Shown: positions 9,109-19,217, counted from the first letter of the stretch. The stretch: 64,000 nucleotides of DNA from an uncultured Dehalococcoidia bacterium (GCA_964587795.1 CAZPMU010000001.1:64820-128819); one strand, 5' to 3'. Numbers and translations are program-made. Notes: generated by a model from the sequence alone, not told the origin.

Positions 9109-11088
9109 ATGAGCGAACAACCGACAGATGCCGGAGGGGACTGGCGTCGACGAAGGCAGCGCGGCCGTGAATCCCGCCCGGCGGAATCCGAATCACCGGA
9201 CCTGCAAGCTGTTGACGACGAAGAATCGGGTGAGGAAGAGCTCAGGTCCAGGACCTTGTTCAGCTTCCTGGAGCCTTCGCTCAATTCAATAGGTTCCTTC
9301 GGCGCCCCACTGGTTATTGCTGGAATAGTGGCAATCGTGGCAGGGGCCGTTTTGGTGGCCTTCGTCAGCTCCATGCGCCTTTATGGCTACATCAGCCTTG
9401 GATTCGGCGTGGCGCTGCTTGTCCTTGTTGGCCTCATATCCCTTAGCTCCGTGGTGGCTGCCTTTATTAGCCGTACCGGACGCTACGGCGTCAACTCGTT
9501 GATTATGTTAGCCGCATTCCTGGGCATTGTAATCGTGGCTAATGCAGTCTCATTCGGCAATAACGCCAGGGTAGACGTTACCGCGACTAACCAGTACAGC
9601 CTGGCCGAGCGCACCGAGCAACTATTGGACAACCTGGGCCAGGACATAGAGATAATCGCCTTTTACAAGGGCGAGGTCTCCCTGGGTCCCCAGGGAAATC
9701 CAGACGCGGCCTACCAATTGCTGAATAGAGAAGCCAAGGTAGTTGAAACCTTTCGCGAGTTCAGGGCGGCGCGCCCCACCAGGATCGAGACCTCCCTGGT
9801 TGATCCGGACGTTAATCCCCAACGGGTAAATCAATATTTTGGTACAACTCCAATTGCCTTCGTGAACGAGTCCATTGTGGTGAAGCTGAAGGACGGAGAC
9901 GCGCAGAACGTTATTCAGCCGAGGGATGCCAGCTACAGTCACCTGGAGCAAGACCTGGTGACCAGCATTCTGTTGGTGACTGGACAGGAACAGAAGGCCG
10001 TCTATTTCCTCTCAGGGCACGGTGAGAGAAGTGTCAACAACACAGGCGCCGACGGTTATGGTGAAGTCCGCGCGGGTCTGGAGCGGGACAACTACAGGGT
10101 GGCGTCCCTTCGCTGGGCCAGCAACGAGCAGGATGTGAGTGTCCCCGATGATGCGGCTGTCCTGGTCATCGCTCGACCTACCAATGAGTTGCCCGAAGCC
10201 CATGCCGAGGTGCTGCACCTGTATCTGCAGGGCAAGAATCCGGACGGCACCGACCGTCAGCAGGCGGGCAGGCTTATCTTCCTGGGAGAACCCGATACCC
10301 CAGACAGCTTCCGAGAATTGATAGCGCTCTGGGGTGTGATCCTCCGGAATGGGTACATATACGATGAGGAGGGTTCACTGCTAGACAGCCCCGAGAATCT
10401 TCAGTTCACGGTATTTGACGATACCAATATGCCGCCCCAGCTATCCTTCTTCATCAGCCAGCAGATTTCGGACGCCAGGAGTTACCAGGAGCTTTGGAAG
10501 GCCCTGCTGGGGATTACTGCGCCCAAGGGGAGGGCCCTGGGCCAGGTAACCATGCCTGGCACCACCGCGCTGGACATTCGGCATGACGGTAATCCCCAGC
10601 GGCAGGTCGTACCTCTGGCAATCAGCTCCCAGTCCAGCTACCTGATTGATGACCTGGACCGAGAGGAAGTAAGAAAGGGAGATTCGGAGATTCAGGAAGG
10701 CTCGGGAAATAATGGGGGAATCGCTGATCCCCAGGGTCCCTTCCCATTGATGGTGTTCCACCGCAGCCCCGGCGCGCTGCGGGATGATGCCGCGGCTGGC
10801 CCTGCTGGCCTGGCTGAGAATCAGATTTCCCAGATGTTCGTGATCGGTGACTCCGACTTTCTGGCCAACAGCTTTTATGAACGGGGCGGAGGAGCGGACC
10901 TATTCCTTAATTCGGTAAACTACCTGGTGGGTGACCATTCCCTGGTTTCGCTGCGGCCCAAGGTTCTGACCGTAAGAGAGTTCAACGTGGACCGGAACCA
11001 GGAGAACTTTGTGAAATTCACATCCTGGTTGCTCTTGCCCGGGTTGATGGGTCTGATGGCCGCGATGGTGTGGTGGGTGCGCCGCTAA
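9109..11088 (+). CDS. GldG-like ABC-transporter auxiliary protein
   Basis: 659 aa. N- and C-terminal transmembrane anchors flank a large extracytoplasmic region. Position directly after the ABC-2 ATPase and permease is the typical GldA/F/G arrangement. Confidence 0.7.
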   Translation: MSEQPTDAGGDWRRRRQRGRESRPAESESPDLQAVDDEESGEEELRSRTLFSFLEPSLNSIGSFGAPLVIAGIVAIVAGAVLVAFVSSMRLYGYISLGFGVALLVLVGLISLSSVVAAFISRTGRYGVNSLIMLAAFLGIVIVANAVSFGNNARVDVTATNQYSLAERTEQLLDNLGQDIEIIAFYKGEVSLGPQGNPDAAYQLLNREAKVVETFREFRAARPTRIETSLVDPDVNPQRVNQYFGTTPIAFVNESIVVKLKDGDAQNVIQPRDASYSHLEQDLVTSILLVTGQEQKAVYFLSGHGERSVNNTGADGYGEVRAGLERDNYRVASLRWASNEQDVSVPDDAAVLVIARPTNELPEAHAEVLHLYLQGKNPDGTDRQQAGRLIFLGEPDTPDSFRELIALWGVILRNGYIYDEEGSLLDSPENLQFTVFDDTNMPPQLSFFISQQISDARSYQELWKALLGITAPKGRALGQVTMPGTTALDIRHDGNPQRQVVPLAISSQSSYLIDDLDREEVRKGDSEIQEGSGNNGGIADPQGPFPLMVFHRSPGALRDDAAAGPAGLAENQISQMFVIGDSDFLANSFYERGGGADLFLNSVNYLVGDHSLVSLRPKVLTVREFNVDRNQENFVKFTSWLLLPGLMGLMAAMVWWVRR

Positions 11089-11233
11089 ACTTGGGGGCGT
11101 GCTCATCACCAGGGACCTGTTCGGAAGCCTCCATGGCCAGGCCACAGGCTGATAGAAGCCCAGCCATTGTCTTATTACGACTCAATAAAGTCCTTGCGAA
11201 TTACTTCCGGTTCCAGCAGCGGGTTAACATTCG

Positions 11234-12238
11234 ATGAACATACGGCTCACCATACTCCTGATAATCGTACTCCTTCTCTTCGGTGGAACATTTGCCGGCG
11301 TTATCTTGACGAGGGACCCTGAACCTCGGCAGGAGCAGGCGTGGCTTTGGCGGGTGGACGATAACTCCCTGGTTAACATACTGGTAACCTACGAGGGAGA
11401 AACTATCGAATACCGCAAGAAAGAAGGTGGCGTCCGCTGGTTTATCGTGGAGGAAGACCGTGAGCGCCAGGTGTACCAGGACAAGTGGAGCGGTACTCCA
11501 TTGTTGCTAAGCGGCCCCCGGGTGAATCGTACTCTGGCCGACGAGATGGACAATCCTGCCCAGTACGGCCTGGATCCGCCCATAACTGTCGTGCGGCTTA
11601 CTGAAAGAACAGGAAGACAATATGAGGCCCACCTGGGAATAGAAACCCCCGATGGTCAGAATCAGTACGCCCGGTTGGTGGGTTCCCCAAAGCTCTTCAG
11701 TGTTCCCCAGATCTGGGCGAGGGTGGTTAACAGGCTGGTTTTTCAGCCACCCTATCCCCGCCTCTATGACACCGACATTGAGGACCGGGAGCTATTGAAT
11801 GTCGGCAAGCAAGACGTCATTTATTTTGAAGTTACCGTAGACGGGGAACAGGTCATTTATGGCGCAGACCTGGATGACAACTGGTTCATCATCGAAGTGG
11901 ATGAAGCCACCGGCGAGGACAGGGAAATTGCCATCCCTGCCGACGTGTGGACGGATGCAGACTTGCTGCTCGAGAATCCCGAGGTTATTGATACGGTTTC
12001 GGAAGACCTGAGAGATCCCGAAAACTACGGCCTGGACCCCGCCGGGACCAGCGTTTGGCTGGCTACGGCTGCTGAGAGAACCCACGAATTCTACATTGGC
12101 GACCCCACGCCGGACGGGCAACATCGGTACGCGGTAACTTCAGGGCAAGCTGAGCTGTTCACCGTTCCGGCCGATTGGGCTGACTCTATAGAAAAGCTGG
12201 CTACCGAACCTCTGGTCTCCACAGATGAAGGAACATAG
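11234..12238 (+). CDS. DUF4340-like membrane-anchored protein
   Basis: Has an N-terminal transmembrane helix. The YGLDPP motif occurs twice (YGLDPPITV, YGLDPAGTS). It sits in the usual position after gldG-like genes. Confidence 0.6.
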   Translation: MNIRLTILLIIVLLLFGGTFAGVILTRDPEPRQEQAWLWRVDDNSLVNILVTYEGETIEYRKKEGGVRWFIVEEDRERQVYQDKWSGTPLLLSGPRVNRTLADEMDNPAQYGLDPPITVVRLTERTGRQYEAHLGIETPDGQNQYARLVGSPKLFSVPQIWARVVNRLVFQPPYPRLYDTDIEDRELLNVGKQDVIYFEVTVDGEQVIYGADLDDNWFIIEVDEATGEDREIAIPADVWTDADLLLENPEVIDTVSEDLRDPENYGLDPAGTSVWLATAAERTHEFYIGDPTPDGQHRYAVTSGQAELFTVPADWADSIEKLATEPLVSTDEGT

Positions 12239-12318
12239 GTCAGAGCGAAAACCTTCTTCAACGGAGCCAATTGTCCGGCGCCTTGTTTTCCTGGCAAACT
12301 GCCTGAGGAGGACAAACC

Positions 12319-13575
12319 TTGAAGGCTGAAATCCTTTCCATTGGCACGGAATTGCTGATGGGCGAACTGACAGACACTAACGGTTCATGGATAGCCACCC
12401 AACTGCCGCCCCTTGGAATTCAACTCCAGAGAATCTCTATAGTTGGGGACGACCTGACTGCCCTGACCGAGGCTTTTGATCGGGGATTGCAGCGATCGGA
12501 CTTCATCTTCACCACCGGCGGATTGGGTCCAACCCAGGATGATCTCACTCGGGAAGGCGTGGCTGCCGCCCTGGGAGAAACTCCCGTCGTCCAAAAGGAA
12601 GTAGTTGAAGGCCTGGAACGTTATTTCGCCGGCAGAGGGATGGCAATGCCCGCCCATAACATCAAGCAAGCCCACCTCATTCCCTCTGCCCAGTTCGTCC
12701 GCAATCGGAATGGCACCGCCCCTGGCTGGTGGGTAGAATGCCGTGGCAAGATTATTGTCTGCATGCCCGGGCCCCCAGGGGAAATGCAGCCCATCTGGCA
12801 CGAGGAAATTGCGCCACGACTCAGGGAACTGGTGGACGACGAAGTAACCATTACCAGGAACATCAAGACTCTGGGAATGTCAGAGGCTGCGATAGACGAA
12901 GAAATTGCCGAGTTTTTTGGCAAAGAAAATCCCTACTTGGGGATTTACTCCAAGGCAGACGGAATACACCTCAGGATAATAGCCCGCGCCAGGGACGAAG
13001 ACGTAGCAAGGCAGATGATCAAGCCAGTGGAAGCTGCCATAACCGAGCGGTTGGGTCCATACATTTGGGGATACGATGCCGATACTCCTGAGCAAGCAGC
13101 GGGACAGGCTTTGAGCGAGTTTGGATTGACCTTGGCGACTATGGAATCCTGCAGCGGTGGCTTTCTCGCCAACAGCATTACTGACATTCCGTATAGCTCC
13201 ACGTATTACAAGGGAGGCACTATAGCCCTCGACTCGGAAATGCTGATGGCCAGCGGTGTTCCAACCCACGTTCTGGAAGAACACGGCATGGTGAGCGCGG
13301 AGACGACCAAGGCCATGGCCTTGGCCGCCCGGGACAGAATGGCCGCAGATTACGCCATTGCAATCTCCGGCGTCATTGGCCCGGAACCGGTGGAAGGCCA
13401 GCCTCCTGGGCAAGTGTTCGTGGCAATTGTGGGCCGCAAGGTCACCCGAGAGTTGCAGTTTCGTGCTCCACCGCGCCGTATCGTAATTAAGCGAAGGGTA
13501 GCAAACACCGCCCTGACTGAATTGCGTAAGCTGATTGTGATGGAAAACAGTAGCCAGGGGCTTTCGTCAGAATAA
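12319..13575 (+). CDS. cinA: CinA family protein (MoCF-binding domain plus nicotinamide-nucleotide amidohydrolase PncC domain)
   Basis: TTG start 6 nt after GGAGGA. N-terminus KAEILSIGTELLMGELTDTNG, then TTGGLGPTQDDLT, and a C-terminal TMESCSGG PncC motif. Confidence 0.85.
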   Translation: MKAEILSIGTELLMGELTDTNGSWIATQLPPLGIQLQRISIVGDDLTALTEAFDRGLQRSDFIFTTGGLGPTQDDLTREGVAAALGETPVVQKEVVEGLERYFAGRGMAMPAHNIKQAHLIPSAQFVRNRNGTAPGWWVECRGKIIVCMPGPPGEMQPIWHEEIAPRLRELVDDEVTITRNIKTLGMSEAAIDEEIAEFFGKENPYLGIYSKADGIHLRIIARARDEDVARQMIKPVEAAITERLGPYIWGYDADTPEQAAGQALSEFGLTLATMESCSGGFLANSITDIPYSSTYYKGGTIALDSEMLMASGVPTHVLEEHGMVSAETTKAMALAARDRMAADYAIAISGVIGPEPVEGQPPGQVFVAIVGRKVTRELQFRAPPRRIVIKRRVANTALTELRKLIVMENSSQGLSSE

Positions 13576-13606
13576 AGGTCAAAGTCTCCCAGCGTCCTGT
13601 TTCGTC

Positions 13607-13649
13607 GTTCCCGCGCCGGCACGTCCGCCCCAGGCGGGAAGGCGGGAAC
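13607..13649. repeat. GC-rich nested palindrome (REP-like)
   Basis: GTTCCCGC (13607-13614) pairs with GCGGGAAC (13642-13649), enclosing CCGCC-CCA-GGCGG. The same GGCGGGAAC/GTTCCCGCC arms recur at 32474-32509. Confidence 0.5.
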
Positions 13650-13770
13650 CTCGACGGGCTGGGACAATCCGCTCCAGGCGGATGCCGGTACAACAAGGAG
13701 ACGGCGCATTTGACGACACCCCTCAGTCTGGAGAGACAGGCCAATACTATCAGGGTTGCGCAAAAAAGTG

Positions 13771-13795
13771 CGGGGCAGGCGATAAGCCTGCCCCG
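13771..13795. terminator. Bidirectional terminator hairpin between convergent cinA and the VWA gene
   Basis: CGGGGCAGGC-GATAA-GCCTGCCCCG forms a 10-bp stem. It is flanked by AAAAAA upstream and ATTT downstream. Confidence 0.65.
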
Positions 13796-13825
13796 ATTTC
13801 GGCAATCTGATTCTCAGCCGGAATC

Positions 13826-16800
13826 CTATGCGGTCAGCTGTCGATAGAGCATCGGCAACCTTTCCGGCAGCGCCCAGATGTCGCCCAGCACCTCGTAACC
13901 CATGTCCCCGCACATTTCCTGCAGGTAATCGTGCCCAGCCTTGTCCACCGTAAGGCAGAAGGGGGTAATGTCTTTCCGCTTGGCTTCCAGCAGGGCCATG
14001 TGGGTGTCGTGGACCGCGTATTCCTTCTCCACGCCTTCCCTGCTGTACCCGCGGTCCTGGGGCCGGCCGTCACTAATCAGAAACATGATCTTGGTCGGCG
14101 AGTCCTGGTTTTCCAGCTTGGTTATGGCGTGGCGAATGGCGCTGCCCATGCGGGTGGCGTGAAGCGGTGTTATCTTGTCGATGCGCCGCTTGATGCGTTC
14201 GCTGAAGTTCTCCTCAATGTCCTTGATTACGTAGAATTCTACGTTTTCGCGGCCATAGCCGGAGAAACCGTAAATGCCATAGTTATCGCCGATAGACTCC
14301 AGGGCGTGGATCAGCAGCGCGGTGCTTTCCTTTTCCAAGTCTATGATGCGCTTATAGTGGCGGCGCACCAGGCCTTCCCGCCGGCGGCGGAGCCAGACCA
14401 TGTATTCCACGGGGTCGTCAGGGGCATCCCGGTCGTCCACTGTGTGGCGGCCTTCGTCGATAGCCTCGGCGGTGGAAGCGCTCATGTCCAGCAGGAATAC
14501 TACCGACACGTTCCGCTCAATCTTGTTGCGGCGCCAGTAAATCTTCTCGTCGGGCGGCACCTTCATCCGGATATCGGCGGCCGCCTCAAGCGCTGCGTTG
14601 AGATCAATATCCTCGCCGTCAACCATTCGGTAAATCTTCCGGAAAGTCTCGGGCATAATCAACTCGAACTGCCGCTTGATGTGGCTCAGCAGTGTCGAGT
14701 AGTTCTTCAGGGAGTCGTTGTAGAAGTTGGTGTCTCCCTCGTCCAGCGACTTCTCCTTGACCACGCACCAGCGCGGCTTGTAATCGTTGGCTCGGAAATC
14801 CCACTCGTCGTAAACGTAGGTTTTCGGTTCCCGGGCTTCCAACTCTCCGCCCTGGTCGTCGTCGTGGAGCAGGGGCCCGTAGCCCTGACCAGGCTGGGAG
14901 TTGGGAGGCGGGACACCGGCCTCCTTCATAATGTTCTGGGCAAAGGTGCTGGTACTGTTGTTTATGTCACCCTGCTCTGCGTCCAACTCCAGCTCGGCGC
15001 TGTCCTGCAAAAGCTGTTCAAGCATTTCCTGGGACAGGGGCTCCCCCTCCCCCTGCTGGTTCTGGTCCATCTGCAGCTTGGTAAGCAGTTGAACCATCTC
15101 GGGCTTGAAATCGCCGCGGTAGTCAACCGGTTCCGGCGAGTCATACGGGTCACCCTCACCAGCGTCTCCGGAAGAGTCTTGGGAAGCCTGGAGTTTGTCC
15201 AGCATGGATTGAAACTCCTCTTCCGAGAAATCACCGGGTTCTTCCATGTCCTCGGGTTCCCACTGGTCTTCAGGTTGAGTCTCGTTCTGCAGACGGGAGA
15301 TGATTTCGTAGGCCCGCAGGGTTGCCTCCGCCGTGTCTTCCACGTTGGCGGCGACGTTACGCAGCACATAGAGAATCTGGGCCAGCATAGTGGCCTCTTC
15401 CCTAAAGTCCACGGGAATTGGCAGGTTATTGAACTGGTCCAGGCTCATTCGAATCAATAATTCGATCAAGGCTTCCTGAAGGGGGAGGTCTTCCACCTCA
15501 GGCCTGGTGGCCAGCGCTTCGGCCTGAACGTCTATGGCGGCCTGGCGAATGCCCGGGTACTCTGCCTTGATCCGGTAATCCAGGCGCACGTCTTCAAGAA
15601 CGGTGAACAGGTCGAAGGCCAGGCGGCGATCATCGAACAGGCTGAGGAATCGGCCAATATCGGTGTAGGCGCGCATCTGGCCATCGGGTTCCAGGTCCCC
15701 CACCAGAACGTCGTCGCTGATCTGCTGGGCACCCCTTTCCCGCTCCAGGCTGTAGCGGCGCTCCTCTTCGAAGAGAAGGGCCGGCCGGCTGAAATCGTAG
15801 GCGAAGCTACCAAACTCCAGGTGTGCGACCTGGTGGGTAGCTACGACCTTGAACCAGGAGAAGTTCTGCTCCTTGTTCTGGTAGTGGTCCACCACCGGCG
15901 GAAGAAAAACCTTGGTGCCGTCGGTAGTAGCGGTATCCTGGTCCACCCAGCCGATGTTTCGGCGAACAAGTTCCTGGGTGCTCAACGCTTCAATGGGAGA
16001 GCCGGACAGGGCGCGGCAATAGAGACGCACCACGCCTTTTACACGATCAAGCTCCAGACTGGATGAAAGGGTTTCCAGCAGGGACTCGGATGTGTTGGAT
16101 TCCACTTTGAAGAAGGCGATGCCGCTTTCAGGATTGTCTTTGAGCAGCTGGACGCCGTGGTGGAACCAGGTATCCAACTGGTTCAGGGTAACCCGGTGGG
16201 TTACGCTGTCAAGGCTCTTCAAAAAGCATGGAACCGCTTCGGGGGTTACGGCCAGCAGACCTTCGCAAAGGTCCAGAATGTGGGCCTGAGACCCGGTGGG
16301 TATCTGACTGAGAGCCTGGCTGCCATCGGTCAGGAAACGCGCGGTATCCCGAATCCCGACTTTGGTCAGGCGCTCTCCCAGTTTCAAAAATCGACTGGTC
16401 TGGCCCTCGTCAACCTGCTGAAGGGCCTTGGGCGCCACCTCGAAGCAACTCTTGACCTCGCGCCAGTTACCATCGGACAGAGCGCGGCACATGGCCAGGA
16501 AAGCTTCCCGTTCTCGACCCATTGCCGGCAAAACGTCCTTCCCCAGGGTCAGGCATTCCACTGCAATGTCGTAGGACTTATAGGAAAGGGCCTCAACCAG
16601 GGAGGCGAATACCTCAACGTCCCAGAAGGGCAGGCTGCGAATCAAGTCGGGGCTGACCTCGAAGAAGCGGCTGGACAGGGTACTGGACTTCCAGGTGCCC
16701 TTGTAGAGGCTGCGGCCAAGGCCTGCCCACCGGGGAATGTACTGTGGGCGCAGGTTGGAAACTATGGACGGGCTGGCCTTGAAGAAAGAGACGGCCAAGG

Positions 16801-17086
16801 CCGGGGAATCCTGGGACAAGTAGGTCCCGCACCTGGCCCACTGCATGAATGAAGGGAAAGCCAGGGAACGGGCCACCAGGGGGCAGACCCGGTAGTATTC
16901 CACCGCCGATTCCCAGGAACGGACGGTCTGGGCAGCGATGGCGGAGCCCTCCTTGGCCCACAGGAGGAGTTCTTCGGAAGAAAATGACGATTCCATAGCC
17001 TCAAGGGCTTCACGGTAGGCATCGAGTACCGCAGGGGGGAATTTAGCCAGTTCGGTTTCCAGTTCATTAAAGGGAGCGTTGCTCAA
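13826..17086 (-). CDS. Large VWA-domain protein, CbbO/NorD-like partner of a MoxR-class AAA+ ATPase
   Basis: 1086 aa with TTG start after AGGAGGGG. The C-terminal VWA domain has an intact MIDAS motif (LLDMSAS, ISDGRPQD). The N-terminal region is long and alpha-helical. A highly acidic low-complexity linker lies around nt 14900-15330. Confidence 0.75.
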   Translation of the reverse strand: MSNAPFNELETELAKFPPAVLDAYREALEAMESSFSSEELLLWAKEGSAIAAQTVRSWESAVEYYRVCPLVARSLAFPSFMQWARCGTYLSQDSPALAVSFFKASPSIVSNLRPQYIPRWAGLGRSLYKGTWKSSTLSSRFFEVSPDLIRSLPFWDVEVFASLVEALSYKSYDIAVECLTLGKDVLPAMGREREAFLAMCRALSDGNWREVKSCFEVAPKALQQVDEGQTSRFLKLGERLTKVGIRDTARFLTDGSQALSQIPTGSQAHILDLCEGLLAVTPEAVPCFLKSLDSVTHRVTLNQLDTWFHHGVQLLKDNPESGIAFFKVESNTSESLLETLSSSLELDRVKGVVRLYCRALSGSPIEALSTQELVRRNIGWVDQDTATTDGTKVFLPPVVDHYQNKEQNFSWFKVVATHQVAHLEFGSFAYDFSRPALLFEEERRYSLERERGAQQISDDVLVGDLEPDGQMRAYTDIGRFLSLFDDRRLAFDLFTVLEDVRLDYRIKAEYPGIRQAAIDVQAEALATRPEVEDLPLQEALIELLIRMSLDQFNNLPIPVDFREEATMLAQILYVLRNVAANVEDTAEATLRAYEIISRLQNETQPEDQWEPEDMEEPGDFSEEEFQSMLDKLQASQDSSGDAGEGDPYDSPEPVDYRGDFKPEMVQLLTKLQMDQNQQGEGEPLSQEMLEQLLQDSAELELDAEQGDINNSTSTFAQNIMKEAGVPPPNSQPGQGYGPLLHDDDQGGELEAREPKTYVYDEWDFRANDYKPRWCVVKEKSLDEGDTNFYNDSLKNYSTLLSHIKRQFELIMPETFRKIYRMVDGEDIDLNAALEAAADIRMKVPPDEKIYWRRNKIERNVSVVFLLDMSASTAEAIDEGRHTVDDRDAPDDPVEYMVWLRRRREGLVRRHYKRIIDLEKESTALLIHALESIGDNYGIYGFSGYGRENVEFYVIKDIEENFSERIKRRIDKITPLHATRMGSAIRHAITKLENQDSPTKIMFLISDGRPQDRGYSREGVEKEYAVHDTHMALLEAKRKDITPFCLTVDKAGHDYLQEMCGDMGYEVLGDIWALPERLPMLYRQLTA

Positions 17087-17676
17087 GACGTCAGCCCCTC
17101 CTTTTTCAAAGGCTCTTCCATTATGTCCAGGAACTGTTGCAGAATCTTGGCGGTGGCGCCGAACACCACGTGCTCTTGATGGACATAGGAATAGACCGTG
17201 TTTAGTCCCTCACCATTCCAGCGGGTTTCCCACCGGACATTTTCCGGGTTATACAGGCTCAGGATGGGAACTTCCAGGACTTCGGCGATTTCCAGGTCGC
17301 TGGGTTGAAAGGGATAGGAAGGGGGAATCTCGCCCACGAAAACCCTGACCCCAAACCCGCTTCGGGTTATCGCATCGTCAAGTTCCCCCAGAATGGACAC
17401 ATCCGAGGGTCTTATTCCCATCTCTTCGTCGGCTTCCCGCAGGGCGGTTGCAAGGAAATCATCGTCTTCCGGATCCCTGGCCCCGCCGGGAAAGGAAATC
17501 TCCCCCTTGTGATGCTCAACCAGTTCAGAGCGCTTGTTAAGCAGAACACAGTATTCCCCATCCTTGGGATACAGGGTGATCAAAACGGCAGCAGGCATCA
17601 AGCTGTCGTCGGTCAAACTCCACTTGGACCGCCGCGCCAATGCCTGCTTGACCAGGTCGGGGATGGATGCGCCCAT
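17083..17676 (-). CDS. Nudix hydrolase, CoA pyrophosphatase type (NudL/Nudt7-like)
   Basis: LLNKRSELVEHHKGEISFPGGARDPEDDDFLATALREADEEMGI combines the CoA-pyrophosphatase signature with the Nudix box. Confidence 0.75.
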   Translation of the reverse strand: MGASIPDLVKQALARRSKWSLTDDSLMPAAVLITLYPKDGEYCVLLNKRSELVEHHKGEISFPGGARDPEDDDFLATALREADEEMGIRPSDVSILGELDDAITRSGFGVRVFVGEIPPSYPFQPSDLEIAEVLEVPILSLYNPENVRWETRWNGEGLNTVYSYVHQEHVVFGATAKILQQFLDIMEEPLKKEGLTS

Positions 17677-17685
17677 GGCAACCTA

Positions 17686-18606
17686 CTACTCGAAGATGGA
17701 AGAAACCACCTCTTCAACGCTGCGTTGCAGTTCGGCCTCATCGGTAAGAGTCCAGACTATGGCGACCTGGCAGGCGCGGCGCGCGGGAATGCCTTCTCGC
17801 ATTAACCGCCCTGCGTAAATCAAGAGACGGGTGCTGGCGCCCTCCGCAAGCCCATGGTCGCGGAGATTCCGTACCTTTTCGCCCAACTTGGCCAGGGCAT
17901 TGGCCTGCTCTTCCGTGCAACCGCTTTCCTTTCGCACAATCTCCGCCTCAATCTCCGCCGGAGGATAGTCAAACTCCACGGAAATGAAACGCTGTCGAGT
18001 GCTGTGCTTAAGGTCTTTCAGCGCGCTCTGGTAGTGGGGATTATAAGAAATGCAAAGAAGGAATCGGTCGTCGGCTTCGATTATCTGCCCCGTCTTTTCC
18101 ACCGGCAATATCCGGCGGTGGTCCGTCAGGGGGTGAATCAGCACCGTAGTGTCCTTTCGGGCCTCTACCACTTCGTCCAGGTAGAGAATTGCGCCAGCCT
18201 TAACTGCCCTCGTCATGGGGCCATCAATCCACCGGGTTCCTTCCGAGTCCAGGAGATACCGCCCCACCAGGTCGCTGGCCGTAAGGTCTTCGTGGCAGGC
18301 GATGGTGACCAGGGGTACGCGGACTTCGCCTTCCCGCAAATCCTGGGCAGGCCGCCCGCCATCCATGGGCCGGACCACCGTCATCGGTCGTCCAAGTTTC
18401 CACGCCATGTATTCCACAAAACGGGTCTTGCCACAACCCGTGGGTCCTTTCAACAGCACCGGAATGTGCTGGTTATAGGCGGCCGTAAAAAGTTCCAGTT
18501 CATCGCCCACTGGGCGGTAATAGGGCTCGCTGCGAACCAGGAACTCTTCGATGGCATATTCCTTGTATTGGGGTTCATTCTGTTCGGACTCAACCGCTTC
18601 TACCAT
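17686..18606 (-). CDS. AAA+ ATPase, CbbQ/NorQ/NirQ (MoxR) family
   Basis: Walker A GPTGCGKT and Walker B ILYLDEV. The C-terminal lid contains [10 protein letters not shown]. There is an insertion of about 20 aa after Walker A. Confidence 0.85.
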   Translation of the reverse strand: MVEAVESEQNEPQYKEYAIEEFLVRSEPYYRPVGDELELFTAAYNQHIPVLLKGPTGCGKTRFVEYMAWKLGRPMTVVRPMDGGRPAQDLREGEVRVPLVTIACHEDLTASDLVGRYLLDSEGTRWIDGPMTRAVKAGAILYLDEVVEARKDTTVLIHPLTDHRRILPVEKTGQIIEADDRFLLCISYNPHYQSALKDLKHSTRQRFISVEFDYPPAEIEAEIVRKESGCTEEQANALAKLGEKVRNLRDHGLAEGASTRLLIYAGRLMREGIPARRACQVAIVWTLTDEAELQRSVEEVVSSIFE

Positions 18607-19217
18607 TATTTTCGTTCAATCCTTCCTTCGACTCTGCGTTTCCAAACTTCCCGGACCGCAGTTTCCAGGTCTTCCAGTTCTCCATCATTCAGGATGACTT
18701 CACTAGCCCGGCGTGCTCGTTCCTCGGACGACATCTGAGAGGCGATTCGCTTGCGAATCTCCTCTGGAGCGAAACCGTTCCGTTGTTGAAGCCTGGCTAC
18801 CACCACATCAACTGCGGACTCGGTGGTCCAGACTTCGCCGACCAGGGCATCCCATCCGGCCTCAAACAGCACCGCGGCCTCGACCACCGCTACTTTCGCA
18901 CCCTGTTTTTCCAGTATCCCAAGCTTCTCCCTGACGATGGAAGCCATCCGGGGATGCATTATTCCGTTCAGTGTCGCTAACTTGTCGGGATCGGCAAATA
19001 CTATGCTTCCCAACTTGCGACGGTCGATTTCGCCTGTTTCCTGGAGAATACCATCGCCGAAAGCGTTGACCACTTCCTTCCAGGCCTCGGAATGGGGAGT
19101 ATAGGCCTCGTGTCCAACCTGGTCCGCGTTAATGACCGTTGCTCCCAGTTGCTCAAGCAGGCTGGATACTTCGGTCTTACCGGTGCCAATTCCGCCGGTC
19201 AGGCCAATGACTAACAT
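18606..19217 (-). CDS. coaE: Dephospho-CoA kinase
   Basis: [18 protein letters not shown]-loop at the N-terminus. At 203 aa it is colinear with CoaE. Confidence 0.9.
   Translation of the reverse strand: MLVIGLTGGIGTGKTEVSSLLEQLGATVINADQVGHEAYTPHSEAWKEVVNAFGDGILQETGEIDRRKLGSIVFADPDKLATLNGIMHPRMASIVREKLGILEKQGAKVAVVEAAVLFEAGWDALVGEVWTTESAVDVVVARLQQRNGFAPEEIRKRIASQMSSEERARRASEVILNDGELEDLETAVREVWKRRVEGRIERK

Noticed and set aside
13931-15460. 509-aa plus-strand ORF antisense to the VWA gene. The same applies to other long antisense ORFs: 518-1267, 22955-23947, 27623-28666, 29351-30127, 36743-37498, 37514-38635, 39940-41358, 45320-46231, 49743-50723, 53028-54098, 54150-54974, 55519-56280, 56370-57332, 57853-58869, 60361-61107, 60998-61591 and 63114-63719.
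   Set aside because: Each lies fully opposite a gene with strong, motif-level homology. Their products are Gly/Arg/Pro/Val-rich with no recognisable domains, as expected for stop-poor antisense frames in GC-rich DNA.
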